A DNA stretch of 64,000 nt from a virus. Positions 27,461 to 36,655 of this stretch are shown in pieces (position 1 is the first letter of the stretch; every line of letters starts with the position of its first letter). The stretch is from the IMG/VR virus record IMGVR_UViG_3300045988_165212; one strand, given 5' to 3'. The notes below the pieces were generated by a model. The model was not told the origin of the DNA and ran no database searches. It saw only the letters and a list, made by a program, of their open reading frames with translations. The translations under genes were made by a program, and so were the position numbers.

Positions 27461-30400
27461 TTATTTCATTTTAAGTCCATCACGAATAATCTTTCTTATT
27501 TCCTCCTTGATGTCGTTCAGATGCGTGACACTCATTCCTGTGTTTTCGGCAATGCGTGCCAGATGGCTTTCAGCCACATTCATCTTCTCGACCACGTTTT
27601 CAAGTTGGTCATCCATGCTTGACCAATGTTGCAAGCCACTGGTGAACATACCTTCGAGCTTTGTGCCTTGATCTTGTGCCATGGCTGAGAAACCGCCACT
27701 TTTACCACTTTGGCTTGTGCTGCTGTTACCAGTGTACCCAGTGGCTTCTGCAAGTTTGTCACGCAAGGCAATGGCATCTTTTACATAGCCCATGTATTCC
27801 TCTTGGAGTGCATTGCGCTCTGCCTCTGTCAGGTCATTGTCTTCCATAGCAGCACCAAACTTCTTCCACCATTCCTTTAGCTTGTCAGCATAGATTTCAC
27901 CAATCTGGTTTGAAAGCATGGCACGCATGAAGTATTCTGACAGATCATCAGCCATATCTTCAGCCGTGGCATTCATATCCATAAGGGTGTCCACAAAGCT
28001 GTCATACATGGAATCGAAGGAAATGCCAGTCAATCCCTCATAGAGTTCATCGGTCAGTTCCTCCAGTTTGCCAGCCTGGTCTATGTAGTCATTCAGCTTG
28101 TCAGCAACGTCATTTCCATAACCACCCTTGCCAGTGTTCTTGATATATTCCCAAATACCGACATTGGAGCGAAGTTTCTTCATTTCCTCTGGGCTAAGAC
28201 TCCAGAGATCACCATTGAAGTCTTCTTTTACGTTCTGCTTGATCCAGGCAGTTTGGTCATTGTTGAAGCCATTCCAATAGTAGTTCCAACTATGATGCTT
28301 TTTCCAATAACCGGCTTGCGCCTTTGCCATATCCAGATAATTCTGGTTGGCTTCTTGCTGGTTGGCGTATGCCTGTTGATAGGCTACTACTGATTTTGTT
28401 CCCTTGCTTGCCTTGATTTCGTCTGTCAAATCCTCGATGGCATATTGCAGAAGCTCGTTGCGCTTGGTCAAGTCGTCAATGGTCTTTTGCACCTTGGCTT
28501 CATTGCCATTCAAACCGAAAAGGTCAAGGTCATCAATGCCAAACCAACTGCCAATGCCACTGACCAAACCTTGCAAGATGTTGCCCACATCCTTGATGAT
28601 GGACAAAACGATTTCAGGCAAATCCTCAACAATTTTTTCCACACAATCGGCGATTTTGTTCAAGAGGTCATCAATGAAGCCCTTTGGATCATCACCAAGC
28701 GCATCAATGATTTGAAGGATTGCGCCAATGATACCGCCTATCTTGCCACCAAGCTCATTCAATGACTTGCCTATTCCGTCTGAGCCTTTTCCAAGTGAGG
28801 TAATGAGTTTGCTCATACCATTGGCAAAGCCATACAGGGAACCATTTGACATTTCATTCAGATAGTTGGTGAAGTTCTGAATGCCTTGCGCTGCTGCATT
28901 GGTGTTGTCCGTGAGCGTCTGGCGTGCCTTGTTGCTTTCATCCTGTGCCTCCGTTTGCTCAGTGGCAGTGGCATCGACCTTTCCTTGTGCAATATCAACC
29001 GCTTTCTGGGCAATTTCCTTTGAGGTGTCATCAGTAGCAGCAGCCAAGTTTGCTTGCGCCTTTTCCAGTTCATCGACCGCCCTTGTGTGGGCATCCGTCT
29101 TGTTTTGGAGATTTCGCACGCTTTCTTGGTATGCCGTGACATTCTTGGAGATTGTACCCCATATCTTGAAGTTGAACGGACTGGTGCTTTCCGCACCTGT
29201 CTCTTGCTTCAACTTGGCTTGCAAGTCAGTGTAAGTCTTTTTGTTTTCAGCAGACAAAGCCTTGAACTCAGCCGTCTTCATGTACGTCTCCACCTTGCCA
29301 AGTGTCTCTTTTGCCACATCTTTCAGCACATTGCCCACGCCCTCAAAGGTAGTACCCCAGTCTATATCCAGGGCAAGGCTCTTGGCATCCACTTGGCTCA
29401 TGGCGGTGTCACGCTGCTTTTCGAGTGCCTTCACCTTCCACTGTTTTTCATCAGCAGTGCCAGCACCCTCATTCACCTCCTTAATCTTTTCAGCATATTC
29501 CTTGGCAATGGCATACTTTTGTTCTTGTATGGTTCCATACTCCTTCAAATAGTCTGTCATGGCAAGCAACTCATCCTTCAAGGCTTCCTTGTTGGCTTCC
29601 TCGATGGCCTTAGTTCTGCTTTTCTCGTTCAAGGCGTGCGCCTCGTTAATGGCATCGGTCTGTTCCGTGGTAAGTCCATTTGTACCAGTGGCAATGCCTG
29701 CTTTCTTGTTATCTCGTTTCCATGCGGTTTCTTGCTTGTTTATCTCGTTCTTCTGAGCCTGATAGTCGTTTTCTATCTGGCGAAGTTTCTTTTCCAAGCC
29801 TTCTTGCATGGTATTAATTTCTTCCTCGTCATTTTTACGTTGCAGTTCTGCAAGTTCCTGACCCACCTTTTCCTTGGTCTGCTTGCGGCGTTCTTCCGCT
29901 GCTTCTTCCTTGGCTCTTGCAGCTTCCGCCTTGGCTGCTGCCTTTTGTGCTTTCTCGCTGTCTTTGTCCGAACCAGGTTTGCGTGAATCATATTCCTTTT
30001 TGGCAAGTTCCATTTTTTCCTTTAGTTCCTTTGCCTTTTTGTCATATTCTTCTTTGGTTAGGTTGTTTGAGCCTTTGCTGATGAAGTCGTTGTATTTCTT
30101 CAATGCTACTTGATAAGCCCTCTTGTCGGCTGCGCCCCAATCAGAACTTGATTTTCTTGGTTCATTACGGCGGTTCTGCTCAGATTTCAATTTGTTGAGT
30201 TGATACTGCAATTCATCCTTGGTGTATGTGCCACGGATATTTTTGCCGTCATTGGTTGTATAGCCATATTTATGACCAGACATATTCATTCGGGCAATGA
30301 GGCTTTCGCGCTCCTTTATCTGCTTTTTCAGATCGTTGTTGCTGACCCTTGTGAGATTGTCAAAGTAAGCGTTCACAGAATCCTTGCGCACCTGCTTGTT

Positions 30401-31945
30401 TAGGTTCTGTTGCTTCTTTTGAAGGTTTTTGAGTTCGGCTTCCTCTTTCTTGCTCAAACCTCCGACTTTCTTCATACTTGTACCAGAGCTATTGCTTTCA
30501 ACCCACTTTTCCGTGCGCTGTTTTGCTTCAAGCTCTTTGATGCGTTTGTTTACGCTGTTGAGTTCGTTCTTTGGCTTTGTTATGCTTTGCCCAGCCTCCA
30601 ACTCAGCAATCTCCAACTTGATTTTCTTGATGTTTTTCAGCTTCTCATACTCTGTGTCATATTTGGCAAAGATAGCAGGGTATTTCTGTTCGAGGCGATT
30701 CAATGCCTCACGTCTTGTGTCGGTGCTGAGAGCTTCATCACCAGCAATGGAACAAAGCTCTTCCATCTTGCGTTTGTGTTCTTCCTCAGCCTCAATGACC
30801 TTTTGTTTTTGCGCCTCATAGTCTTCATCGGCTGCTTGCATCAGTTCTGTTTCCGTCTTCATGGAAACCATTACGGCGATAACACTTGCAATGGCTGTGG
30901 CAACCAATACGTATGGATTGCTTAGCATGGTAGCGTTAAGCAGCTTCTGCGCTTTCTCCACCATGACAATCCAACCGTAGTGAATGGCTTCCGCTGCGGT
31001 CATGCCACCAATACCAACCGTTATGAGACTGTGGACTGCTGCCACCGTCATGCAAGCCGTGCGGTATGTTCCATAAGTGGCAACCAATCCCATCAGAACA
31101 CGTCCGAATTGCTCATAATGTTCCACGATATAGGAGACACCGCTAAGTGTTGTATTGATAACACCCTCGCTTTGCTTACCTAAGTCGTTGAACATTGTTG
31201 AAATAGCATCTTCGATGTTGCTTATCTGTCCTGATATGGTCTTGCTCTGTTCCTCCATCAAGCCACCGAACTTACTGCCTTCACCAGTAAGGTTCTCTAT
31301 GACTTTCTGCACTTCTGGGAATCCCACCTTGCCAGCCTCCACCAAGTCCTTCACCTTGCTTTCTGCCACACCAAACACCTTGGCGAGTTCCTGGATCATC
31401 GGAATGCCACGACCTGTGAACTGGTTAAGGTCTTGCGTGTAAAGTCTGCCTTGCGCCATCGTTGTTCCGTACAGATAAACGAGTTCATTCAATGGCATAC
31501 TAAGACCTGCGGCAATGTCACCCAGACGAATCAAGGTTTCGTTCACCTTCTCTGCCTCCATGCCATACGCCAAGAGTTGTTTCGCACCCTGTGCCACACC
31601 TTCAAGGCCATACGGTGTCGTGGCTGCTGTATGAATCAGCTGAGCCATCAGATTATCGGCTTTGTCTGCACTGCCAAGCATGACATTGAAAGCCACCTCC
31701 AATTTCTGGAACTCGCCCCTGACAGTAGCGACCTCCGTAATAACCTGCTTCATGGAAAAAGCCATGCCAAGCCCCATGAGCGACTTTTTCACCCTGTCGC
31801 TCATGTTCTCCAGTCCACTCAATCCTTTCTTGGCTTCATCGGTGTAACCCTTCAAGGCATCCATCTTCTTGTTTACCCTGTCAAGTCCACCGCTGATGCG
31901 GTCAAGGAGTTCAATTTCTATTGCTACCGTCTTGCCTTTGCTCAT
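27461..31945 (-). CDS. Tail tape measure protein
   Basis: 1494 aa. Conserved TMP N-terminal core (..LNELVYLYGTTMAQGRLYTQDLNQFTGRGIPMIQELAKVFG..), TM segment, long coiled coils. Preceded by the chaperone pair. Confidence 0.9.
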   Translation of the reverse strand: MSKGKTVAIEIELLDRISGGLDRVNKKMDALKGYTDEAKKGLSGLENMSDRVKKSLMGLGMAFSMKQVITEVATVRGEFQKLEVAFNVMLGSADKADNLMAQLIHTAATTPYGLEGVAQGAKQLLAYGMEAEKVNETLIRLGDIAAGLSMPLNELVYLYGTTMAQGRLYTQDLNQFTGRGIPMIQELAKVFGVAESKVKDLVEAGKVGFPEVQKVIENLTGEGSKFGGLMEEQSKTISGQISNIEDAISTMFNDLGKQSEGVINTTLSGVSYIVEHYEQFGRVLMGLVATYGTYRTACMTVAAVHSLITVGIGGMTAAEAIHYGWIVMVEKAQKLLNATMLSNPYVLVATAIASVIAVMVSMKTETELMQAADEDYEAQKQKVIEAEEEHKRKMEELCSIAGDEALSTDTRREALNRLEQKYPAIFAKYDTEYEKLKNIKKIKLEIAELEAGQSITKPKNELNSVNKRIKELEAKQRTEKWVESNSSGTSMKKVGGLSKKEEAELKNLQKKQQNLNKQVRKDSVNAYFDNLTRVSNNDLKKQIKERESLIARMNMSGHKYGYTTNDGKNIRGTYTKDELQYQLNKLKSEQNRRNEPRKSSSDWGAADKRAYQVALKKYNDFISKGSNNLTKEEYDKKAKELKEKMELAKKEYDSRKPGSDKDSEKAQKAAAKAEAARAKEEAAEERRKQTKEKVGQELAELQRKNDEEEINTMQEGLEKKLRQIENDYQAQKNEINKQETAWKRDNKKAGIATGTNGLTTEQTDAINEAHALNEKSRTKAIEEANKEALKDELLAMTDYLKEYGTIQEQKYAIAKEYAEKIKEVNEGAGTADEKQWKVKALEKQRDTAMSQVDAKSLALDIDWGTTFEGVGNVLKDVAKETLGKVETYMKTAEFKALSAENKKTYTDLQAKLKQETGAESTSPFNFKIWGTISKNVTAYQESVRNLQNKTDAHTRAVDELEKAQANLAAATDDTSKEIAQKAVDIAQGKVDATATEQTEAQDESNKARQTLTDNTNAAAQGIQNFTNYLNEMSNGSLYGFANGMSKLITSLGKGSDGIGKSLNELGGKIGGIIGAILQIIDALGDDPKGFIDDLLNKIADCVEKIVEDLPEIVLSIIKDVGNILQGLVSGIGSWFGIDDLDLFGLNGNEAKVQKTIDDLTKRNELLQYAIEDLTDEIKASKGTKSVVAYQQAYANQQEANQNYLDMAKAQAGYWKKHHSWNYYWNGFNNDQTAWIKQNVKEDFNGDLWSLSPEEMKKLRSNVGIWEYIKNTGKGGYGNDVADKLNDYIDQAGKLEELTDELYEGLTGISFDSMYDSFVDTLMDMNATAEDMADDLSEYFMRAMLSNQIGEIYADKLKEWWKKFGAAMEDNDLTEAERNALQEEYMGYVKDAIALRDKLAEATGYTGNSSTSQSGKSGGFSAMAQDQGTKLEGMFTSGLQHWSSMDDQLENVVEKMNVAESHLARIAENTGMSVTHLNDIKEEIRKIIRDGLKMK

Positions 31946-32382
31946 TTCAATTTACTTTGGAAAAATCCTACAATGTCATCGGCTTCCTCCTTGGCACTTC
32001 TTTCGTCCTTGGGCTTGCCGTTCTTTTTCTTGCTAACATAATGTGGGGCATCACTCAGCATCATAATCAAGGTTTGGTAATTGACACCATTAAGGATATA
32101 GTCAACGCTCCAACCTGTTTCGCTTGCTATCTGCCACACAAAACCGAAAGGGCTATGGGAACCTTCGAATTCGCTCGTTAACTCCCTTTCTTCTTTTGGC
32201 TCTTCCTCAGCTTCATCGGATTCACCGCTTCTGCCGATTTGATAATATCTGTAAAACTGTCCGTTCCCATCAGCCCGACAAATTTCTTTATCACGCTGAC
32301 AAGATACTTGTTTTCCATCCAGTTTCTCACAACCCATGCCGTTAAGCCAACAAACAGATGTCGGCTTATCCAGCCACGACAA
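31942..32382 (-). CDS. Tail assembly chaperone, -1 frame extension (gpT-like part)
   Basis: Overlaps 32178..32669 by ~205 nt in the -1 frame (287 mod 3 = 2). It lies between the major tail and tape measure genes. Confidence 0.55.
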   Translation of the reverse strand: MSWLDKPTSVCWLNGMGCEKLDGKQVSCQRDKEICRADGNGQFYRYYQIGRSGESDEAEEEPKEERELTSEFEGSHSPFGFVWQIASETGWSVDYILNGVNYQTLIMMLSDAPHYVSKKKNGKPKDERSAKEEADDIVGFFQSKLK

Positions 32383-32669
32383 AGGGTGTAAGCTATCATG
32401 CGACTGATTTTCTTGCCATGATCAGCAAGGAATCTCATTTCTTCCTCCTTGGAGAAATGCCACATTTCTTCACTGGTCACGCCCATTGCCAGCCATTCCC
32501 TTGCAATTCTGATTTGTCCTGCCAAGGTAGGTCGGCGCATGGTCACACGTAAATGAATGGACTTTTTGCAAAAAGGAAGGTGCAACTCCTTCAATGGCAC
32601 TGAAAGACCAGTGTCCAAAAGGGCTTCCGCACCTTCCTTTTCTATTAGTCTGATGGTGTTCTCATCCAT
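32178..32669 (-). CDS. Tail assembly chaperone (gpG-like)
   Basis: 163 aa in the canonical position. The 3' end is Lys-rich (CAA AAG AAG AAA GGG), offering slip-prone A-runs. Confidence 0.6.
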   Translation of the reverse strand: MDENTIRLIEKEGAEALLDTGLSVPLKELHLPFCKKSIHLRVTMRRPTLAGQIRIAREWLAMGVTSEEMWHFSKEEEMRFLADHGKKISRMIAYTLCRGWISRHLFVGLTAWVVRNWMENKYLVSVIKKFVGLMGTDSFTDIIKSAEAVNPMKLRKSQKKKGS

Positions 32670-32672
32670 ACA

Positions 32673-33200
32673 CTAAACCTTCACGCTGTTTGCCTGGCTG
32701 GTGGATGATGCACTTAATGGATTGGCCGTGTCATTGATTTCGTATGGCGCACTACCATCAGAAGGCTTGTTCACCTTCAACTGACATTCCAGCTTCGATA
32801 CCTCTGTAAGTGTGAGCTTGCCACCGAGATTGGCCAAGATTGTTGCATTCGGTATGGTGCAAGTCTGGCCTGAAACAAAGTCAATAGTCCATTTGCCAGA
32901 AAGATGCACAAGGCTTGTTGGTGCTTTCCAGCCTGTGTACTTCCCAGTAGTTCCTACGAGAGTACCACCAAGCACCATCTGAATGTTCTCGTAGTTCAAC
33001 TGTATTATGTTGAATGTTGGCGAGATTGTTGCATTTTTAGTTGGAATTGTCAGCACTGGCGCATCGGGAACTTGCTCTGCATCAATGTCAGTACTCTCAG
33101 GCTTTGTGCCGCCCCAGTCCCATGAACCTTTCTCAATGTAGCCAATGGTCTTTTCACCAAACTTTACGGCTCCAATGCCGTACATGAAATTCTTATTCAT
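32673..33200 (-). CDS. Major tail protein (putative)
   Basis: 175 aa, beta-rich, immediately upstream of the chaperone pair. Confidence 0.55.
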   Translation of the reverse strand: MNKNFMYGIGAVKFGEKTIGYIEKGSWDWGGTKPESTDIDAEQVPDAPVLTIPTKNATISPTFNIIQLNYENIQMVLGGTLVGTTGKYTGWKAPTSLVHLSGKWTIDFVSGQTCTIPNATILANLGGKLTLTEVSKLECQLKVNKPSDGSAPYEINDTANPLSASSTSQANSVKV

Positions 33201-33706
33201 TTTTTTCTTGTTTTGATTGTGATTATTATGCCAGACACCAGTCCGACAATAAAACTGAATATTGCCACTTTAACAGGGTTTGAACATTGTTCTTTCTCTG
33301 TTTTAATGGTGTTAGAGAGTTCTGCGTTTTGCTTTGCCAGCTTCTTGTTTTGTTCCTCATAATAGAGGCACAACACTTGCAAGCTGTCACAAGAGGCATC
33401 AATGTATATCACATCTTTACCATCTTGCTTTCCAACGCTTGCCTTCACGTTGGCACGCCCTTGCTTGTTGCCAAAGGATGCACCAGACGGCAAACAGCCT
33501 ATGCTGTCAAGTGGAATGATCAGATGCACCTGGTCTTGTGGCACCTTTTCCATCCACATTATTTTTGTCGTGGTCTGTTTGCTTTCTACGCTGTCCCTTA
33601 CCACCTTTTCCTCTTCCTGGGTTGTCATCGTCTTCGTCGAGCGACAACTCACTGCTGACAGGGCAAGAATTGCGATGAGGACAAAGTTTGATAGCCTCGA
33701 TCGCAC
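33197..33706 (-). CDS. Lipoprotein with C-terminal TM helix (spanin-like); GTG start inside track ORF 33197..33910
   Basis: The GTG at 33706 gives MRSRLSNFVLIAILALSAVSC (lipobox). C-terminal TM is VAIFSFIVGLVSGIIITI. The first 200 nt overlap 33507..33965 in another frame. Confidence 0.5.
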   Translation of the reverse strand: MRSRLSNFVLIAILALSAVSCRSTKTMTTQEEEKVVRDSVESKQTTTKIMWMEKVPQDQVHLIIPLDSIGCLPSGASFGNKQGRANVKASVGKQDGKDVIYIDASCDSLQVLCLYYEEQNKKLAKQNAELSNTIKTEKEQCSNPVKVAIFSFIVGLVSGIIITIKTRKK

Positions 33707-33965
33707 GACTGAGCCGATTGATTGAAAGACGTATCCTGTGGTTTTCAGCCGTAAGCCCTTCCACGACCTTTGTAATGTCTTCATATTTCTGTTGTGTTTC
33801 CAACAGCACCTTTGAAATGTCTTCGTACATACCTTTATATGTGTCATGCACGACCTTGGCATTCTTGGCATTGTTGGCTTTTCTGTTGGCAAACCAAACG
33901 ATGGCAGCACCTATGCCGCCCGATGGTATTGCCCACTGGATGAATTGCAGTAAAAAGTCTGCCAT
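33507..33965 (-). CDS. N-terminal TM plus coiled-coil protein (i-spanin-like or holin-like)
   Basis: 152 aa. TM (FLLQFIQWAIPSGGIGAAIVWFA), then a heptad-rich segment and a highly charged tail. Directly downstream of the amidase gene. Confidence 0.5.
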   Translation of the reverse strand: MADFLLQFIQWAIPSGGIGAAIVWFANRKANNAKNAKVVHDTYKGMYEDISKVLLETQQKYEDITKVVEGLTAENHRIRLSINRLSRAIEAIKLCPHRNSCPVSSELSLDEDDDNPGRGKGGKGQRRKQTDHDKNNVDGKGATRPGASDHST

Positions 33966-33987
33966 CGTTATCTTTTGTTTTATGGGG

Positions 33988-34458
33988 TTAAACTTGCTTG
34001 ATACCTATTGAGCGCAACCACTCTTGCACGTTGAATGATGGGCAAGCCTTATGGCTGTTCAGCTCGTTGTGGCCAATGATGCGGATGGAAGGAAAACGTT
34101 CATGGAAGTTGCGCACATATTCGGTCAAAGCCTTTTTCTGTGCATCCGTTCTGGTGTCCTTGGCTGTCTTTCCATCAGAGGCAAGTCCACCGACATAAAC
34201 AACGTGACGGCTCACAGAGTTGAAACCTGCTGCACCATTGGTGATTTCCCATGGATCAACCTCAGCATCCTCATTGTTCTTCACAAGTCGCTCCACCTTT
34301 CCGTCAAGGTGTATCATGTCGGTATAGCCAACCTGCTTCCATCCACGACCGCCCTTGCTCACTGGGTCGGTGTGCCAGTGGCGAATTTCGTCACTGGACA
34401 CCTCACGACCTTCTTTTGTTGCGGTGCAATGCAGCACCAGATATTTCATTCGTGCCAT
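33988..34458 (-). CDS. N-acetylmuramoyl-L-alanine amidase (Amidase_2/PGRP-type endolysin)
   Basis: 156 aa. LHCTAT..H, GYTDMI, IIGHNEL..KACPSF motifs typical of T7-lysozyme-like amidases. Confidence 0.85.
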   Translation of the reverse strand: MARMKYLVLHCTATKEGREVSSDEIRHWHTDPVSKGGRGWKQVGYTDMIHLDGKVERLVKNNEDAEVDPWEITNGAAGFNSVSRHVVYVGGLASDGKTAKDTRTDAQKKALTEYVRNFHERFPSIRIIGHNELNSHKACPSFNVQEWLRSIGIKQV

Positions 34459-34460
34459 GA

Positions 34461-35522
34461 CTATGCAGCACTGTAGTCGCTCATCATTACGACACCTGCA
34501 TCAGCTTTCTTTGGCATACAGATGAAACGATGGCGGAAGTTGATTTTGTTTCGCTGGTACTCAGGATCGTTCTCTGATGCGCTCCAATACATCTTGGTCG
34601 AACCAGTGGCCTTGAATACACGAGGAACATAGAAGGCAAATGAGCATTGGAACTCACCAGTTTCAGCAGCCTTGCCCAAATCCTTCTTAACACCTGCTGT
34701 GGTATAGAGAGGATTGTTTGCAAACTCGTAGATGTCGAAGCCATACAAGCGGCCAACGGTTCCGTCATTGCGGTTGATGTTGTACTGTTCACGGAAGGTC
34801 TGCTCTGTTTCCAGAAGGTCATTGATGTGGTCAGAGCAAAGCACCGCTCTTCGTCCCATTGCTGGAACTCCCAAGGCATCCATCTTTCGCTTCATGTCGA
34901 GCAAGTCGTTCTTGGTCATCTTCAAGCGTCCTGTAGCTGCATCCCTCTCACCAGTGGTTTTCAGCACTGGTGTCTTAGCCGTGTTCTGCTTGGCACAGAG
35001 TGCATGGGCTGCTTTGGCAAACTTGGCATCATTGATGGCATTTCCGTGCGCTTCCTTCACACGTGCAATCTTGTCGTAGCTGATGGCATAAAGCTCATCA
35101 TCAGTGATTGGTGTAACCTTAGTCTGGAACTTATCAAGGCTGATGCTAATGTCCTTGTCATCCAGTTTCTGCAAGTCAATAGGATATGTGGTGTTGTTGA
35201 CCAATACATCAGGATCAACACCTACATCTACCAAGTGGATGACATCATTCTCCACCACGCTTGATGCGTCAGGAATGCCGTCAAGCCAAGTGGCTTCCAA
35301 GCCACGGCGAAGGTATTTCACCATTTCACCAGTCCACACCTCTTTATATACTCCAGCACGCAATGCGCCTTGAGCTACCTCACCGCCTATTACGGTGGCG
35401 ATACAGTTCATGCCCACGGCTCCCACTACAGGTGAAAAGCCAAGGACTGCACCGAAAACACTGCCAGTAATGCAGTTGAAAAGCACTGCCATTGTCAGTG
35501 CAAGTAATCTGTTCATTTTCAT
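34461..35522 (-). CDS. Major capsid protein (putative)
   Basis: 353 aa from the ATG at 35522 (MKMNRLL). The track ORF extends to 35690 and overlaps the upstream gene. Follows the protease/scaffold gene. Confidence 0.65.
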   Translation of the reverse strand: MKMNRLLALTMAVLFNCITGSVFGAVLGFSPVVGAVGMNCIATVIGGEVAQGALRAGVYKEVWTGEMVKYLRRGLEATWLDGIPDASSVVENDVIHLVDVGVDPDVLVNNTTYPIDLQKLDDKDISISLDKFQTKVTPITDDELYAISYDKIARVKEAHGNAINDAKFAKAAHALCAKQNTAKTPVLKTTGERDAATGRLKMTKNDLLDMKRKMDALGVPAMGRRAVLCSDHINDLLETEQTFREQYNINRNDGTVGRLYGFDIYEFANNPLYTTAGVKKDLGKAAETGEFQCSFAFYVPRVFKATGSTKMYWSASENDPEYQRNKINFRHRFICMPKKADAGVVMMSDYSAA

Positions 35523-35547
35523 TCTTCTTGTTTTATGGTTTGACTTT

Positions 35548-36486
35548 TTAGATTTCACACTCCATGCCATACTCAGCCTTGAAAAGACGCTTGTATTCAT
35601 CGGGATTCTCCGAGCGCATCTTTTCCAGCTCTTCGCCTGGCACTTCACTAAACTTTGAATAAGTGGTTTTCTGCTGAGTTGGCGAACCACCCTGATGGCC
35701 GACTACAGAACTGAGCTTCACCATCGGACTCATGGCTGCAAAAGTCTGCTTCAAGTCATCCACGCCAATCTTCTTGCCGAGGTTGATGAAATGCTCCTTC
35801 TTGTCTTCACTGATGCGTTTCTCAGTGATGGCAGTCTCCACGGTTGTTGTAATGGCAGAGAGTGTGAGCTGGGCTTTCTCCTTGGCAAGCGTCTCTTTCT
35901 CTGTCTCTGCTTCCTTCAGCGAATTGATTTTCTGAAGGATGGTCGCCTCGTCTGCCGTCTCAGGCAATCCGAGCTGTGCGCACAAAATTTTCTGTTCCAT
36001 TTGCTTGTTGTTTAAATTTTTGTTGTTACTGAGCAAGGTCAGCGGATTCTTTCCGTCCTTGCCTAATGTGATTTGTTCGCCGTTCTTTCTCATTACGATG
36101 GCATCGTCATTGGCTCCTATGTCCACAACTGACACTTCAAAGAGTTTGCTCTTGGTGATGGTCTTGTATTTCTGACCAGGAACAATCACCTCTGGGTCTT
36201 CACTCTCTTCAACGATGTCAATGCCCACACTCACCATTTTCAGGCTACCAAACTCCCATTGCTTCTTGCACTGCTTGGAGAGTGGTGTGGCTTCATCGAA
36301 CATCAGTTCACCAGTCACCTCATCGTTATCCACTTTGAGGTCTTTCACATAGCCAATCACATTGCCACGTTCGTGCATATAAAGAAGTACGGGATTGCGA
36401 CAATACTGTTGCACATCCATGCCCTCTGTCAGTACACGACCACCGTAACTGTTAAGGCTGTTGTTTGAAATTCTTACTCGTTTCAT
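35548..36486 (-). CDS. Prohead protease fused to a scaffold-like coiled coil (HK97 S78-like)
   Basis: Start at the ATG at 36486 (MKRVRISNN). N-terminal protease-like half (LLYMHERG.., SVGIDI.., EVSVVDIGAND). C-terminal helical half. Confidence 0.6.
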   Translation of the reverse strand: MKRVRISNNSLNSYGGRVLTEGMDVQQYCRNPVLLYMHERGNVIGYVKDLKVDNDEVTGELMFDEATPLSKQCKKQWEFGSLKMVSVGIDIVEESEDPEVIVPGQKYKTITKSKLFEVSVVDIGANDDAIVMRKNGEQITLGKDGKNPLTLLSNNKNLNNKQMEQKILCAQLGLPETADEATILQKINSLKEAETEKETLAKEKAQLTLSAITTTVETAITEKRISEDKKEHFINLGKKIGVDDLKQTFAAMSPMVKLSSVVGHQGGSPTQQKTTYSKFSEVPGEELEKMRSENPDEYKRLFKAEYGMECEI

Positions 36487-36550
36487 TTTCTCGCTTTTTG
36501 CGTTTTGCGCTGCAATATTACTGCTTAATTTACTGACCGCCAAAAAAGTG

Positions 36551-36588
36551 TGAAATGATTGCACACTTCTATGAAATGGTTGCACACT
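36551..36588 (+). promoter_or_regulatory. Two 17-nt direct repeats TGAAATG(A/G)TTGCACACT spaced 21 nt apart, in the divergent late control region
   Basis: Read directly at 36551..36567 and 36572..36588. The TTGCAC core recurs at 36620 and 36650. Confidence 0.5.
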
Positions 36589-36655
36589 ATTTTGGTGATG
36601 CTACCGAATTGTTGCAATTTTGCACTGCATTTGATTTTTTAATAAAGTATTGCAC

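Noticed and set aside
33707-33910. N-terminal 68 codons of the 237-aa track ORF 33197..33910
   Set aside because: This part overlaps the 152-aa TM/coiled-coil gene out of frame and has odd composition (MLPSFGLPTEKPTMPRMPRSCMTH..). A GTG at 33706 yields a textbook lipoprotein signal peptide, so I shortened the gene.
35523-35690. Upstream extensions of the capsid ORF (to 35690), and likewise of the protease ORF (36487..36585)
   Set aside because: The extensions overlap the preceding gene or the divergent control region. Internal ATGs at 35522 and 36486 give compact, non-overlapping genes.
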